From Prochlorococcus sp. AG-363-M17 (GTDB lineage Bacteria; Cyanobacteriota; Cyanobacteriia; PCC-6307; Cyanobiaceae), in the NCBI GenBank assembly GCA_003278365.1, contig QCFS01000004.1:692-64691 (forward strand): a DNA stretch of 64,000 bases. The letters are read 5' to 3'. The translations under genes and the position numbers were made by a program. Position 1 is the first letter of the stretch; every line of letters starts with the position of its first letter. The notes under the pieces were generated by a model. It saw only the letters and a program-made list of their open reading frames with translations, did not search any database and was not told the origin of the DNA. This document shows positions 41,401 to 52,572 of this stretch, piece by piece.

Positions 41401-41730
41401 TTACCACCTTAGAAGATTGAAGCGTTCCATATCAACTGTCACACGATTTCTATAAAGAGAGAGCAAGATTGCAAGTCCTACCGCCGCTTCTGCTGCTGCA
41501 ACAGTAATGACAAAGATCGTAAAAACTTGTCCTCGTATCAAGTCACCATCTAGATAAGAAGAAAATGCCATTAGATTTATATTTACGGCATTCAGCATCA
41601 GCTCAATGCTCATCAAGACACGGACAGCATTTCGACTATTAATTAACCCCCATATTCCAATACAAAATAAGAAAGCTGCAACCAAAAGGTAAGCTTGCAG
41701 AGGAACTTGACCAGTAGTAAAAAAATTCAT
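41401..41730 (-). CDS. ndhE: NDH-1 subunit E (NuoK)
   Basis: [19 protein letters not shown]; [11 protein letters not shown]. Confidence 0.96.
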   Translation of the reverse strand: MNFFTTGQVPLQAYLLVAAFLFCIGIWGLINSRNAVRVLMSIELMLNAVNINLMAFSSYLDGDLIRGQVFTIFVITVAAAEAAVGLAILLSLYRNRVTVDMERFNLLRW

Positions 41731-41759
41731 GATTTTTTAATTTAAATAAAGTTTCGATT

Positions 41760-42362
41760 TTATGAAGTAGGTTGATCAGGCAAAAGAGGAGGTTGAGATT
41801 TTTCAATTAAACCCTGACTTACAGGATCCCCAGTAACAACATCTTGAACCAATACGTCTCTTCGAGCTAAAACTATTGCTCCAATCATTGCCATTAAAAG
41901 AAGCACAGAAGCCAACTCAAAGGGCAGAAGATAATCAGTAAAAAGATGTTCGCCAATTCTTGCAGTAGCCTCTTCTCCAATAGCAGGGGGCCCTGGAAGT
42001 GCCCAATCGGTTAACGCAACAACCCTGACCAACAGAGCTAACATTGACAGGCAAACCCCGCCTGAAAGCAATCTTCGTACTTGCAAGCCCCTTATAGGCT
42101 CAAGATTCTCACGTTTATTAACTAGCATAATCGCAAAAATAATCAGAACATTTACAGCACCCACATAAACCAATACCTGCGCTGCAGCAACAAAACTCGC
42201 ATTAAGTAGCAGATACAAACCAGCAACAGCCATAAAGACTCCACCTAACAAAAATGCCGAGTAGACAATATTTTCCAACAAGACAACTGCCATTGCACCA
42301 ACAACTACAACAGCTGCAAGAACTAGGAAACAAATTAACTCTGTAGAGATTGCGAATGTCAT
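41760..42362 (-). CDS. ndhG: NDH-1 subunit G (NuoJ)
   Basis: [13 protein letters not shown]; [10 protein letters not shown]. Confidence 0.95.
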   Translation of the reverse strand: MTFAISTELICFLVLAAVVVVGAMAVVLLENIVYSAFLLGGVFMAVAGLYLLLNASFVAAAQVLVYVGAVNVLIIFAIMLVNKRENLEPIRGLQVRRLLSGGVCLSMLALLVRVVALTDWALPGPPAIGEEATARIGEHLFTDYLLPFELASVLLLMAMIGAIVLARRDVLVQDVVTGDPVSQGLIEKSQPPLLPDQPTS

Positions 42363-43012
42363 TCGTTTGAAAGATCTCGATCCTGGGTATCAAATAGAGG
42401 ACGGTCTCCATCAGATTCCACATTTACACCTGTCTGAAGTTCAGCCAATACTGTTGAGGGCAACTTCCCTGCTCTGGGCTGACTTGGTGGAACATTATGC
42501 GGATCCATGACACCCTTCGGAAGATACCCAAGCTCCCTAAGAGGCACTACTGAGGGATCAGAAGTAACGCTGGTTGGCAAACGACCAAGTGCAACATTAT
42601 CAAAATTTAGACTATGACGGTCAAAGGCAGAAAGCTCATATTCCTCAGTCATTGAAAGACAATTGGTTGGGCAATATTCAACACAGTTTCCACAAAAAAT
42701 ACAAACACCAAAATCAATAGAATAATTTCGCAATTCCTTCTTCTTAGTCTCTTTATTCATTACCCAATCCACAACGGGAAGGTTTATGGGACAAACCCTT
42801 ACACAGACCTCACAAGCGATACATTTATCAAACTCATAATGAATACGTCCCCTATAGCGTTCTGAAGGAATCAGTTTTTCGTAGGGGTATTGAACTGTGA
42901 TTGGCCGACGACGCAGGTGGTCAAAAGTCACTGACAAACCTTGAGTCAGGTATTTACCAGCATCAATTGCATCTCTGCTGTACTCAAAAACTTTCTTTAG
43001 GAACCCAAGCAT
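42359..43012 (-). CDS. ndhI: NDH-1 subunit I
   Basis: Two 4Fe-4S motifs, [12 protein letters not shown] and [12 protein letters not shown]. Confidence 0.96.
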   Translation of the reverse strand: MLGFLKKVFEYSRDAIDAGKYLTQGLSVTFDHLRRRPITVQYPYEKLIPSERYRGRIHYEFDKCIACEVCVRVCPINLPVVDWVMNKETKKKELRNYSIDFGVCIFCGNCVEYCPTNCLSMTEEYELSAFDRHSLNFDNVALGRLPTSVTSDPSVVPLRELGYLPKGVMDPHNVPPSQPRAGKLPSTVLAELQTGVNVESDGDRPLFDTQDRDLSNE

Positions 43013-43125
43013 TGAAATACCTTTTCAGAAGAACTGGGAACTCACTTCAAATATTACAGGCATCTTCCTATTCCTAGGTCTAAACACTCAAGTGTTCTAA
43101 GGAAAATATGCGAGATTGCAAGTAT

Positions 43126-44286
43126 TCATCCTCCAAATGCAACCGGGAAAACCAATTTCAGGCCAGCAGTTATAAGTAGATTTACCAGAGAAATAGGTAA
43201 TAAGAACTTCCATCCCAAATCCAATAATTGGTCTATACGAACTCTTGGTGTTGTCCATCTCAACAAAATTGCTAGAAAAACAAGCAAATAAGCCTTGAAG
43301 ATAGTCATTACAATCCCCAAAGAACCAGTAATAATCTGAACCAAAGGAGCATCCTGAGATACACCCAGCCAATTAGCCAACCACTCAACTGGGATTGGGA
43401 ACCCCCACCCTCCTAAATAAAGAACTGAAACTAAGAGCGCAGACAAAACCAAGTTGATGTAGCTACCTAGATAAAAAAGCGCGAACTTCATACCTGCATA
43501 CTCAGTTTGATATCCAGCCACAAGCTCTTCTTCAGCTTCAGGTAAATCAAAAGGTAGCCTCTCACATTCAGCTAAAGCACAAATCCAAAAAATCACAAAT
43601 CCTACCGGTTGTCTCCATACATTCCAACTAAGAAGTCCAACACTATTTTGTTGCTCAACAATATCAACTGTACTTAGGGAATTGCTCATCATTACAACTG
43701 CCAAGACTGATAGAGCAAGAGGGATTTCATAACTTATTGATTGAGCTGCTGCCCTTAAACCTCCCAATAGAGAATATTTATTATTAGAGGCATACCCACT
43801 CATCAACAAACCAATCGGTTGGATGCTACTTAAAGAAATCCATAGAAAGATTCCTACTCCAACATTGCTGATCAAAAGATTTTGGCCAAAAGGAACTATT
43901 AACCAAGACAAAATAACTGGGACCAAAACCAAAACAGGGCCAAGAGTGAACAAAAATCCATCTGCCCTTGCTGGAATTACATCTTCCTTAACTAACAACT
44001 TAAGACCATCGGCCATAGGCTGAAGTATCCCAAGAGCTCCGGCATACTCAGGCCCAATTCTCTGTTGAGCTGCTGCAGATATTTTCCTTTCTAGCCAAAC
44101 AGTCACTAACACTCCTACAACTGCTGCTACAAGCACTAGCAACATAGGTAATGGTAACCATAAAACATGAGCAACTTCTGGAGGCACACCTAGCCCCTGA
44201 AAGGCATTAGTAATGCTTAGCTCTAGGTCAATGCCTGGACTAGCGGTTGCGATAATTGAAAAGCCTAATTGGGTCAACATGACCAT
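43126..44286 (-). CDS. ndhA: NDH-1 subunit A (NuoH)
   Basis: [14 protein letters not shown]; [17 protein letters not shown]; start uncertain. Confidence 0.95.
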   Translation of the reverse strand: MVMLTQLGFSIIATASPGIDLELSITNAFQGLGVPPEVAHVLWLPLPMLLVLVAAVVGVLVTVWLERKISAAAQQRIGPEYAGALGILQPMADGLKLLVKEDVIPARADGFLFTLGPVLVLVPVILSWLIVPFGQNLLISNVGVGIFLWISLSSIQPIGLLMSGYASNNKYSLLGGLRAAAQSISYEIPLALSVLAVVMMSNSLSTVDIVEQQNSVGLLSWNVWRQPVGFVIFWICALAECERLPFDLPEAEEELVAGYQTEYAGMKFALFYLGSYINLVLSALLVSVLYLGGWGFPIPVEWLANWLGVSQDAPLVQIITGSLGIVMTIFKAYLLVFLAILLRWTTPRVRIDQLLDLGWKFLLPISLVNLLITAGLKLVFPVAFGG

Positions 44287-44301
44287 AAGTGTAATTGGAA
44301 C

Positions 44302-45468
44302 TTAAGGGTCCACCTGAATGGATCGATCCTCAAGAGGACTCCAAGCTCGCATGTCTTTACCTGTATAAATCTGAGAAGGGCGAAAAATCCTATTGGCCCC
44401 TAATTGCTCTCTCCAATGTGCTAGCCAACCTGCTACTCGAGAAATAGCAAAGACAGGTGTAAAGAGATCTCGTGGTATTCCAAGCTTTCTATAAACCAGG
44501 CCTGAGTAGAAATCTACATTTGGATATATCCCTTTTGGCCCCAAAAGAGAAGACGCTTCATCCTCAAGAGCCCTTGCCACATCATACATATCATCTTTTC
44601 CAAATCTGGCGAACATCTCCTCAGCTAGTCCTTGCAGAATTGTTGCACGCGGATCTTTCACTCTGTACTCTCTATGACCAAAGCCCATGATTTTGCTTTT
44701 TTTAGAAATCGCTTCTTCTAAATAATCCAATACATTTTCAGGACTTTCTATTTGTTCCAACATGGCCAGAACATCCTCATTAGCCCCTCCATGCAAGGGG
44801 CCTGCCAAGGTGCCAACTGCTGATGCCACTACAGCATATGGGTCCGTAAGAGTACTTGCAGTTACGCGAGCACTAAAAGTACTTGCATTCAGGCTGTGCT
44901 CAGCATGAAGAATTAAGCATCGATCAAAGATGCGTGCAGCAATTGGGTCAGGTTCACGATCGGTAAGCATATAAAGAAAATTTGCCGAATAAGCCAAGTC
45001 ATCCCTTGGTTGAATCGGGTCCTGTCCTTTTCTAATCAACTGAAAGGCCGCGACCATCGTCGGAATCTTTGCTATCAATCGCACGACTGCGTCATAGACA
45101 TATTGAGGCTTATCAATCGCCCTACGTGAATAAAAAAGTCCTAAAGATGCAGCACTTGACTGCAAAGCATCCATGGGATGACCAGTTGCAGGAAAACACT
45201 TCATCATGTCTCTAACTCGAAAGCTCACCCTTCGATGCATCTGAACCTCAGCCTCAAAATCCCTAAGTTGCTGCTGAGTAGGCAACTCACCCCATATCAA
45301 TAAATATGCAACTTCCAAAAATGTGCTATGGGCAGCCAAGTCCTCAATGGGATACCCGCGATAACTCAAGTTCCCTTGATTGCCGTCAATATCACAAATA
45401 GCCGAATGAGTTACTGGGACACCTTCCAGTCCAGGCCGAAATAATATTTCAGTGGATTCATTGCTCAT
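44302..45468 (-). CDS. gltA: Citrate synthase
   Basis: PGLEGVP, HAEHSLNAST, GPLHGGAN, GFGHREY, PNVDFYSG. Confidence 0.96.
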   Translation of the reverse strand: MSNESTEILFRPGLEGVPVTHSAICDIDGNQGNLSYRGYPIEDLAAHSTFLEVAYLLIWGELPTQQQLRDFEAEVQMHRRVSFRVRDMMKCFPATGHPMDALQSSAASLGLFYSRRAIDKPQYVYDAVVRLIAKIPTMVAAFQLIRKGQDPIQPRDDLAYSANFLYMLTDREPDPIAARIFDRCLILHAEHSLNASTFSARVTASTLTDPYAVVASAVGTLAGPLHGGANEDVLAMLEQIESPENVLDYLEEAISKKSKIMGFGHREYRVKDPRATILQGLAEEMFARFGKDDMYDVARALEDEASSLLGPKGIYPNVDFYSGLVYRKLGIPRDLFTPVFAISRVAGWLAHWREQLGANRIFRPSQIYTGKDMRAWSPLEDRSIQVDP

Positions 45469-45539
45469 GTCATTTCCTGTTCATCAGCCAGTAATTAGAT
45501 CAATCTAATTAGCTACCCGTAACCAAAACAAAGAATAAG

Positions 45540-47150
45540 TCACCCTAAACTTAGTCGAGCTCTGATATGGATTGCAAAACGCTCTTCATCCCTATGAGGA
45601 CCAATAGCTATTTCCAATCCTTGAACACTTGAACTAAAAGAGCTTCCCGCAAGTGCCTGCATAAGAACCCAGGGCCTCCAATGATAAAGGTTCTGGATAC
45701 TTAGCTTTGGGCCCAGCGAAATTAAAGTATCAAAAGAATTTTCACCGGATTGACTTGCCTTTTGAAGCTCTTTCCAATGAATTGCTCCTTTTTTCAATTC
45801 CTTTCTTTGTTGAAGCGAAGCAAGCGTCTCCCCTATCCAAAAAAACTGGTCTCCTTCTTCTAGTGCTACAGCAAGCTGAGTATCTAGATAATTGTTTCCT
45901 TCATTTTGTTCAATCATAAACCTTGTCCATATTTTGAAACCATGATCATCTGAATTAACTTCAGATTGAGTCCACCCTTGTTCATTTAACAAAAAATTTA
46001 TTTCTGAAGTATTTAATTCAGGAGCGTAAGCACCCATTACCCAGCCATAAGGTTCCTTTAACCAGATCAAAGGGCCATGAACCGAATTCATTAATTGACG
46101 AAGAAATAGTGGGTGCTCTTTAATTAGCAACTCATTAAGTATGGGCCTAATCAATTCACCCAAAGGGAGCTGATGCTTCTCATCTAACAATTGTGAAGAC
46201 AAGCCAATCAAGCCAACACTTTCTGCAGGGCCACCCGAAGCATTTAAAAGGCCAGAAATATCTCTCAACTGATTTTCTGGCTGTTGAGGAATTGTCTCAG
46301 AGGGTATGTAGGCTTCAATAATTAAGTCAGAGTCGGCTACTTTAATGCCCGCAATTAAGTCGCCAATATCATCCCTCTGACTAAAGTCAACTGGCAAGCC
46401 AATCCATTGATTGAAAATAGATTTAGAAACCTTCACTAAGGCAATACCATTTCCTAATTGATCAACAAAACGTTGTGTTTGGGCAGCTTCTAGTTCTTGT
46501 TCATCAGGCTGATTAAGTAAATCTAGGGATTTTCGCAATGCATTAGAACTAGAGGCCATCAGTACTAAATCATCATCAACCTGACCCAAGTAAAAAGATT
46601 GATAATCATTTTCCATAGCTTCAGATTTAAGACTAATGACTTCATTATCTCCATAGGAATCGACCACTAAGTCTGTTTCTAACAGATTCCGTTTTTGTAA
46701 AAAATTTTCGAGAAAGTCACTGGAATCACCCTGATTAAACGAGGAGATTCCAAGAAGCCAATCAAGTGAGTTGTTATTAGTTTCAGAAGAAAAAAGAGCA
46801 AATGTTATATCACTTGCTTGACAGTCGAGAAGGTTATCATCAATATCCAATCCTACGTAGGCAAGTAATCCATAAATAAGATTATCAATCCTCTCTCTAG
46901 TCTCCTGCCTATTTTCAGATGAGGCTACTGAATCAGCAAGATTGGGCAGAGTCTTTAAATCAAAAAATGTATGAACAGTGAGCAAAGCGTTGGATGGAAC
47001 CAAATCAGCTGTCCTTGGAAAATGCAAACGTTGTTGATCTTTAGGCCAAGATGAGCTATGACCAAACATTGACCAGCCAATCCAAAGTACTGCTAACAAA
47101 AGTGCCAACACTGTTGCAGCTATAGGGATAAAGAAGGAACGAACCTTCAT
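45540..47150 (-). CDS. Membrane-anchored hypothetical protein (DUF3352-like)
   Basis: 536-aa open frame with an N-terminal TM anchor and a large soluble domain; family call is tentative. Confidence 0.6.
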   Translation of the reverse strand: MKVRSFFIPIAATVLALLLAVLWIGWSMFGHSSSWPKDQQRLHFPRTADLVPSNALLTVHTFFDLKTLPNLADSVASSENRQETRERIDNLIYGLLAYVGLDIDDNLLDCQASDITFALFSSETNNNSLDWLLGISSFNQGDSSDFLENFLQKRNLLETDLVVDSYGDNEVISLKSEAMENDYQSFYLGQVDDDLVLMASSSNALRKSLDLLNQPDEQELEAAQTQRFVDQLGNGIALVKVSKSIFNQWIGLPVDFSQRDDIGDLIAGIKVADSDLIIEAYIPSETIPQQPENQLRDISGLLNASGGPAESVGLIGLSSQLLDEKHQLPLGELIRPILNELLIKEHPLFLRQLMNSVHGPLIWLKEPYGWVMGAYAPELNTSEINFLLNEQGWTQSEVNSDDHGFKIWTRFMIEQNEGNNYLDTQLAVALEEGDQFFWIGETLASLQQRKELKKGAIHWKELQKASQSGENSFDTLISLGPKLSIQNLYHWRPWVLMQALAGSSFSSSVQGLEIAIGPHRDEERFAIHIRARLSLG

Positions 47151-47227
47151 TGAATGTCTGCTAAATGGGTCACATCATCTTTATCCATTAAGCGATCAAT
47201 TACCAATTGCATCATCAAACTAAACAG

Positions 47228-47581
47228 ATGAGTCAAACCAAACCCTTCTCAATCTCGCCAAAGGAGCTAAATAATTGGTTTCATGAGAAACGTCCTCATC
47301 CATTATTAATCGATGTCCGAGAAGAGGAAGAATTAGCTGTGGCTCCTTTCCCTATCAAAGTAATGCATTTGCCTCTGAGTAGGTTTGAAGAGTGGATTGA
47401 TACATGGGACAAAGCAATCCTTCCTAATCAACCTTTAGTAGTAATTTGCCATCGAGGAGTTAGAAGCTTAAATTTCTGCAACTGGTTACTAGAAAAAAAC
47501 TATGGCCCAGAAGTGTGGAACCTAACAGGAGGCATTGATGCATGGAGTTTAGAGGTAGACCCCAAAATCACACGTTACTAA
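47228..47581 (+). CDS. Rhodanese-like domain protein
   Basis: LIDVRE, CHRGVRS, NLTGGIDAWS..VDP; start set at ATG 47228. Confidence 0.9.
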   Translation: MSQTKPFSISPKELNNWFHEKRPHPLLIDVREEEELAVAPFPIKVMHLPLSRFEEWIDTWDKAILPNQPLVVICHRGVRSLNFCNWLLEKNYGPEVWNLTGGIDAWSLEVDPKITRY

Positions 47582-47642
47582 CCTAAAGTTATTTGCATGA
47601 ATGTTGATAATTAGTGCGTCTAAATATTCTAACAAGAATTAA

Positions 47643-48893
47643 TCAAAGAGAAGCACCAAGTCTTTCAGCAACTGTATTAACATCCTTATCACCTCTACCA
47701 GAACAATTAATTACTATCTCCATTCCTGCGTCAAGAGTCGGACATAACTTTTCTAACCAAGCAAAAGCATGTGCAGTTTCAAGAGCTGGAATGATTCCTT
47801 CCAACTCAGATACCAATTTCAATGCTTTCAAAGCATCCTCATCGGTTACAGCAACATATTCCGCGCGTCCAATCTCTGATAAATAACTATGTTCTGGTCC
47901 AACACCTGGATAGTCCAAACCTGCACTAATGGAATGAGCCTCTTGCACTTGACCATCAGAGTCCTGAAGCAAATAACTCATAGATCCATGCAAAACACCC
48001 ACTCTCCCCTCAGTCATCGTGGCTGCATGCCTTCCTGTTGAGATTCCAGCTCCAGCAGCTTCAACACCAATCATTCTTACGGATGTCTTATCTACAAATG
48101 GATGAAACAAACCCATTGCATTTGAACCTCCCCCTACACAAGCAAGAAGGACATCTGGCAACCTTCCAAAGGCATCATCACATTGTTCCATTGTCTCTTG
48201 GCCGATAACAGCATGGAAATCACGAACAAGCATCGGATAAGGATGTGGACCTGCCACTGAGCCAAGTATGTAGTGAGTCGTCTCAACATTGGTTACCCAA
48301 TCTCGAATCGCCTCGCTAGTTGCGTCCTTAAGAGTTGCTGTTCCACTAGTTACAGATCGAACCTCTGCTCCCAACAATCTCATTCTAAAAACATTGAGAG
48401 CCTGCCTTCTCATGTCTTCTTTCCCCATGTAAATCACACATTCCAAGCCAAAACGTGCACATACCGTTGCTGTAGCAACTCCATGCTGACCTGCTCCTGT
48501 TTCAGCAATTATTCGCTTCTTTCCCATACGAATAGCCAACAATGCCTGACCCAAAGCATTATTAATCTTGTGTGCACCTGTGTGATTCAAGTCCTCCCGT
48601 TTAAGCCAAATTCTTGGGCCTCGTCCCTCCCTCGAGTAATGCTCTGTCAGTCGCTCAGCCTCATAAAGAGGCGTGGGCCTTCCTACATATAATTTCAATA
48701 ATCGTTTTAATTCTTCTGTAAAAACTGGGTCATCCCATGCCTCAGAAGCAGATGTTTCAAGCTCAACAAGTGCTGGCATTAAGGTCTCAGGGACATATTG
48801 ACCTCCAAACCGGCCAAAACGCCCCAATTGATTTGGCCGCAAATCAAGAGCCAAATCAGCATTCTTAGGTTGTGAGGGAAGGATGCTGGCCAT
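47643..48893 (-). CDS. trpB: Tryptophan synthase beta chain
   Basis: [39 protein letters not shown]. Confidence 0.97.
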   Translation of the reverse strand: MASILPSQPKNADLALDLRPNQLGRFGRFGGQYVPETLMPALVELETSASEAWDDPVFTEELKRLLKLYVGRPTPLYEAERLTEHYSREGRGPRIWLKREDLNHTGAHKINNALGQALLAIRMGKKRIIAETGAGQHGVATATVCARFGLECVIYMGKEDMRRQALNVFRMRLLGAEVRSVTSGTATLKDATSEAIRDWVTNVETTHYILGSVAGPHPYPMLVRDFHAVIGQETMEQCDDAFGRLPDVLLACVGGGSNAMGLFHPFVDKTSVRMIGVEAAGAGISTGRHAATMTEGRVGVLHGSMSYLLQDSDGQVQEAHSISAGLDYPGVGPEHSYLSEIGRAEYVAVTDEDALKALKLVSELEGIIPALETAHAFAWLEKLCPTLDAGMEIVINCSGRGDKDVNTVAERLGASL

Positions 48894-48941
48894 AAATAGA
48901 AAAGGAGAATAGATATGTAGATGAGACTTAGAATTAAATGT

Positions 48942-49265
48942 ATGCCAAAAGGAAACTGGATTGAATTCAATCAGTCCAACTTAAACACTGATCCTCAATA
49001 TGAAAAAGCTCTGAATCAACAATCGAAAAAGCCGGTAAAGGTTCAAAAAGTTAAAAATTCCAAAAAAGGAAAAATTGTCACACTGATAACGGACCTACAA
49101 CTGGAACACCATGAATTAGTTCGACTACTAAAGAAAATTAAATCTTCTCTGGGCACAGGAGGCACAGTCAAAGGTGATTCCATGGAAATTCAAGGAAATA
49201 AGGTAGAAGAAGTAATGGAGATCCTTCATCAAGAAGGATTTCAAGCAAAACGCTCAGGTGGGTAA
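48942..49265 (+). CDS. Translation initiation factor SUI1/YciH family
   Basis: [21 protein letters not shown]-terminal KRSGG; start set at MPKGNW. Confidence 0.88.
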   Translation: MPKGNWIEFNQSNLNTDPQYEKALNQQSKKPVKVQKVKNSKKGKIVTLITDLQLEHHELVRLLKKIKSSLGTGGTVKGDSMEIQGNKVEEVMEILHQEGFQAKRSGG

Positions 49266-49319
49266 CTAAAGTCCTGCAAAGATTTCTCCGACAATCCATC
49301 CAAACTGAAAGCCAAGTTT

Positions 49320-49952
49320 ATGCAAACCCCCTCATCCAAAACCAGTACAAGTAAAGCAACCAATATCTCTTGGCACCAGGCTTCTATTGACAGAAATTCA
49401 ATTGCACAAAAAAGAGGTCACAACAGCACCATCCTTTGGTTTACAGGTCTTTCGGGGTCCGGCAAAAGCACACTTGCCAATGCAGTCAATGCAAAGCTAT
49501 TTGAAATGGGTTTAACTAGCTATGTACTCGATGGAGATAATATTCGACATGGACTTTGCAAAGATCTAGGTTTTTCTGATGCAGACAGGGAGGAAAATAT
49601 TAGAAGGATCGGAGAAGTAGCAAAACTCTTCCTTGATGCAGGCATAATAGTTTTGACCGCTTTTGTATCACCCTTTAAAGCTGATAGAAGCAAAGCTCGC
49701 AATCTTGTTAATGAATCAGACTTCTTAGAAATATATTGCGCTGCAGATCTCCAAAGTTGTGAAAAGAGAGATCCCAAAGGACTTTATGCAAAGGCAAGGT
49801 CTGGCGAAATCAAGGATTTCACTGGCATTTCAAGTCCATATGAAGAACCTCTTGATCCCGATATCCGAGTAGACACTGCTTCTGTAAAAGTAGAAGATTG
49901 TGTTAATATTATAATTAATAAGCTAATCAAATTACAAATTATTCCTAAATAA
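49320..49952 (+). CDS. cysC: Adenylyl-sulfate kinase
   Basis: WFTGLSGSGKST, LDGDNIR, RDPKGLY, FTGISSPYE. Confidence 0.96.
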   Translation: MQTPSSKTSTSKATNISWHQASIDRNSIAQKRGHNSTILWFTGLSGSGKSTLANAVNAKLFEMGLTSYVLDGDNIRHGLCKDLGFSDADREENIRRIGEVAKLFLDAGIIVLTAFVSPFKADRSKARNLVNESDFLEIYCAADLQSCEKRDPKGLYAKARSGEIKDFTGISSPYEEPLDPDIRVDTASVKVEDCVNIIINKLIKLQIIPK

Positions 49953-50024
49953 TGCTAACCAAAGTTTGTTTTATTTAATCACAGATATTTCATTTAATAA
50001 AATAAGAATTAACCAAAAATCAAT

Positions 50025-50540
50025 TTACATATCTTGCAAATAAGCATCGGGACCTAATTCTACAAGTTTTCTATCTTTTTCAATAACCTCTTTGTACATG
50101 GATGTTCGATAAGTAGCAAGATCCTCAGCCAAAGAGGAATCAAATGCAGCAAGAATCTGTAAAGCCAGCAATCCGGCATTTAATCCACCTCCAATTGCCA
50201 CTGTGGCGACCGGTATTCCACGAGGCATTTGCAAGATAGACAACATTGAATCAACCCCTGAAAGAGCATTGCTTTGGATAGGAACACCAATGACCGGCAA
50301 GGAGCTCATAGAAGCAATCATTCCAGGCAGATGTGCTGCCCCACCTGCACCAGCAATGATGACCTTGATCCCTCTGATTTGTGCTTCTTTTGCAAAAGCC
50401 ACCATCTCATGAGGGGTACGGTGTGCTGAAAGTATCCTTACTTCAGTAGAGATGCCAAACTTCTGCAAAAGATCAACAGCAGGCTTAAGAGTCAACAAAT
50501 CAGAGTCGCTACCCATTACAACTGCTACTAAATAATTCAT
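50025..50540 (-). CDS. purE: N5-CAIR mutase
   Basis: VMGSDSD, SAHRTP, AGAGGAAHLPG; start set at ATG 50540. Confidence 0.95.
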   Translation of the reverse strand: MNYLVAVVMGSDSDLLTLKPAVDLLQKFGISTEVRILSAHRTPHEMVAFAKEAQIRGIKVIIAGAGGAAHLPGMIASMSSLPVIGVPIQSNALSGVDSMLSILQMPRGIPVATVAIGGGLNAGLLALQILAAFDSSLAEDLATYRTSMYKEVIEKDRKLVELGPDAYLQDM

Positions 50541-50638
50541 TTCAAAAGTCTGAAAGGGTACAAAAATAAAAAGAAGCGTCACTATTAATAATGACGAGAC
50601 TGTAATTCTCTCGCATTAGATCAAATCTTTCATTTCCG

Positions 50639-51793
50639 ATGCGTCGAATCACCAACATCTCTTTTCCACTAACTGGGGATAGCGAAACTAAGTCCATCCT
50701 TTGGTGGATAACAGTAGATGACAAAAATAGGATACTGGAAATTGATAAAATGCCCGCGGGGCAGTCAATAGAAGGAGAAAGCTGGGAAGGAGACTTCCTT
50801 AGTCCCATGGGAATAGATCTTCAAATAAATGGAGGGATTGGACTTGAATTCAACCAATTAAAAAAAGATGACACTCCAAAACTTCTCAAGTTGCTAGAGA
50901 AGCTATGGAGTGATGGTGTTGAAGCTATTTGTCCAACCTTGATCACATGTGAGATCAATCAACTCCGACAGTCGCTTGAAGTTATTAAAGAAGCAAAGAG
51001 ATATCCTTCTTCTAAGCGTTCTTTATTGCTAGGTGCACACCTCGAAGGTCCATTTATAGAGAAGTCAAAAATTGGGGCACATCCTCCTGAGCATATTCGT
51101 ATGCCAAGTCTTAAAACTCTTGCAAAAATAACAAAGGGATTTGAGAAAGAAATAACAATAATGACTTTGGCACCTGAATTACCAGGAGCACTTGAGGTCA
51201 TCAAGGAGTTAAAAAAATTAGGAATTATTGTTTCCGCTGGCCACTCCACTGCTACTGCAAACGATTGCAAAAGAGCCTTTAAATGTGGCGTAAAAATGCT
51301 TACCCATTCGTTCAATGCAATGGAAGGGCTTCATCACAGAGAGCCAGGGCCTATTGGTGCCGCGATTGAAAATCAAGACATCGCATTAGGTCTTATCGCT
51401 GATGGTATCCATGTACACCCTCTCATTGCATCAACCCTCTATAAATTAGCTTCAAGAAAAATAGTTCTGGTAAGTGACGCCCTTGCTCCTTATGGACTCA
51501 AAGAAGACACATTTAACTGGAGAGATGAATCTCTAATAATCAAAAATGGAACCTGCCAGATCAAGAACGGGCCACTAGCGGGAACCACACTTCCCTTACT
51601 TGAAGGATGCAAAAACCTTGCAAGCTGGACTAATGATCCTTCCGGAGCAATCTGGTCCGCCACCATTGCACCAAGAGAGGTGCTTTCCGGGACATATACA
51701 AAGGGCCAACTGATAGGGCGACCCTTGAGTAAGCTACTTCGATGGAAACAGAATCCTAGTAACAAAAAACTCGTCTGGGAGATGGCTGCGTAA
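50639..51793 (+). CDS. nagA: N-acetylglucosamine-6-phosphate deacetylase
   Basis: DLQINGG, PTLIT, HLEGPF, GHS, THSFNAM, DGIHVHP, VSDA. Confidence 0.92.
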   Translation: MRRITNISFPLTGDSETKSILWWITVDDKNRILEIDKMPAGQSIEGESWEGDFLSPMGIDLQINGGIGLEFNQLKKDDTPKLLKLLEKLWSDGVEAICPTLITCEINQLRQSLEVIKEAKRYPSSKRSLLLGAHLEGPFIEKSKIGAHPPEHIRMPSLKTLAKITKGFEKEITIMTLAPELPGALEVIKELKKLGIIVSAGHSTATANDCKRAFKCGVKMLTHSFNAMEGLHHREPGPIGAAIENQDIALGLIADGIHVHPLIASTLYKLASRKIVLVSDALAPYGLKEDTFNWRDESLIIKNGTCQIKNGPLAGTTLPLLEGCKNLASWTNDPSGAIWSATIAPREVLSGTYTKGQLIGRPLSKLLRWKQNPSNKKLVWEMAA

Positions 51794-51823
51794 AATCACT
51801 TTCATTAGACTTGCCATGAATCT

Positions 51824-52546
51824 ATGACAAATGAAGACTTCAAAAATCAAAAAGCAGCCGAAAAAACAGAAGTAGAACAATACTTCAATGGAATGGGTTT
51901 CGATCGATGGAACCGCATTTATAGCGAAAGTAACGAAGTTAATAAGGTTCAACGCAACATCAGAATAGGTCATCAAAAAACAGTAAATGATGTACTTAGT
52001 TGGATACAAGAGTCCGGAAATATTCAAAATCTTAGTTTTTGCGATGCAGGATGTGGTGTTGGAAGTGTGTCTCTTCCTTTGGCCTCTTTAGGTGCAAAAT
52101 CTATTGTTGCAAGTGATATTTCAGAAGCAATGATCGAAGAAACAAAAAAACGAGCAAATTCCAATGATATTGATATTAATAAAATCAGCTTTATAAAATC
52201 AGATCTAGAAAGCCTAGAAGGCTCATTTCATACTGTAATTTGCTTAGATGTTTTTATCCACTACCCACAAAAAGCTGCAGAAGAAATGGTTCGCCACTTA
52301 TGTGTTTTAACGGAAGAAAGACTCATTGTAAGCTTTGCACCATATACTCCTTTTCTGGCTCTTCTAAAGAAGGTCGGACAACTATTCCCTGGACCAAGCA
52401 AAACCACAAGAGCATATACTTTGCGAAAACAAGGCATTATTAAGGCTGCTAATGAAAGTGGTTTTACTCTTACTAAAAACAAATTAAATCAAGCACCTTT
52501 TTATTTTTCACAATTACTGGAATTCAAAAAAACACCTCAAGGTTAA
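51824..52546 (+). CDS. chlM: Mg-protoporphyrin IX methyltransferase
   Basis: YFN..GFDRW.RIY, DAGCGVG, CLDVFIHYP, FPGPSKTTRAY. Confidence 0.95.
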   Translation: MTNEDFKNQKAAEKTEVEQYFNGMGFDRWNRIYSESNEVNKVQRNIRIGHQKTVNDVLSWIQESGNIQNLSFCDAGCGVGSVSLPLASLGAKSIVASDISEAMIEETKKRANSNDIDINKISFIKSDLESLEGSFHTVICLDVFIHYPQKAAEEMVRHLCVLTEERLIVSFAPYTPFLALLKKVGQLFPGPSKTTRAYTLRKQGIIKAANESGFTLTKNKLNQAPFYFSQLLEFKKTPQG

Positions 52547-52572
52547 GAACATGGGATTCTATTAGAATAAAA

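Noticed and set aside
48273-48692. 139-aa Cys/Ser-rich + strand ORF
   Set aside because: Antisense shadow of trpB.
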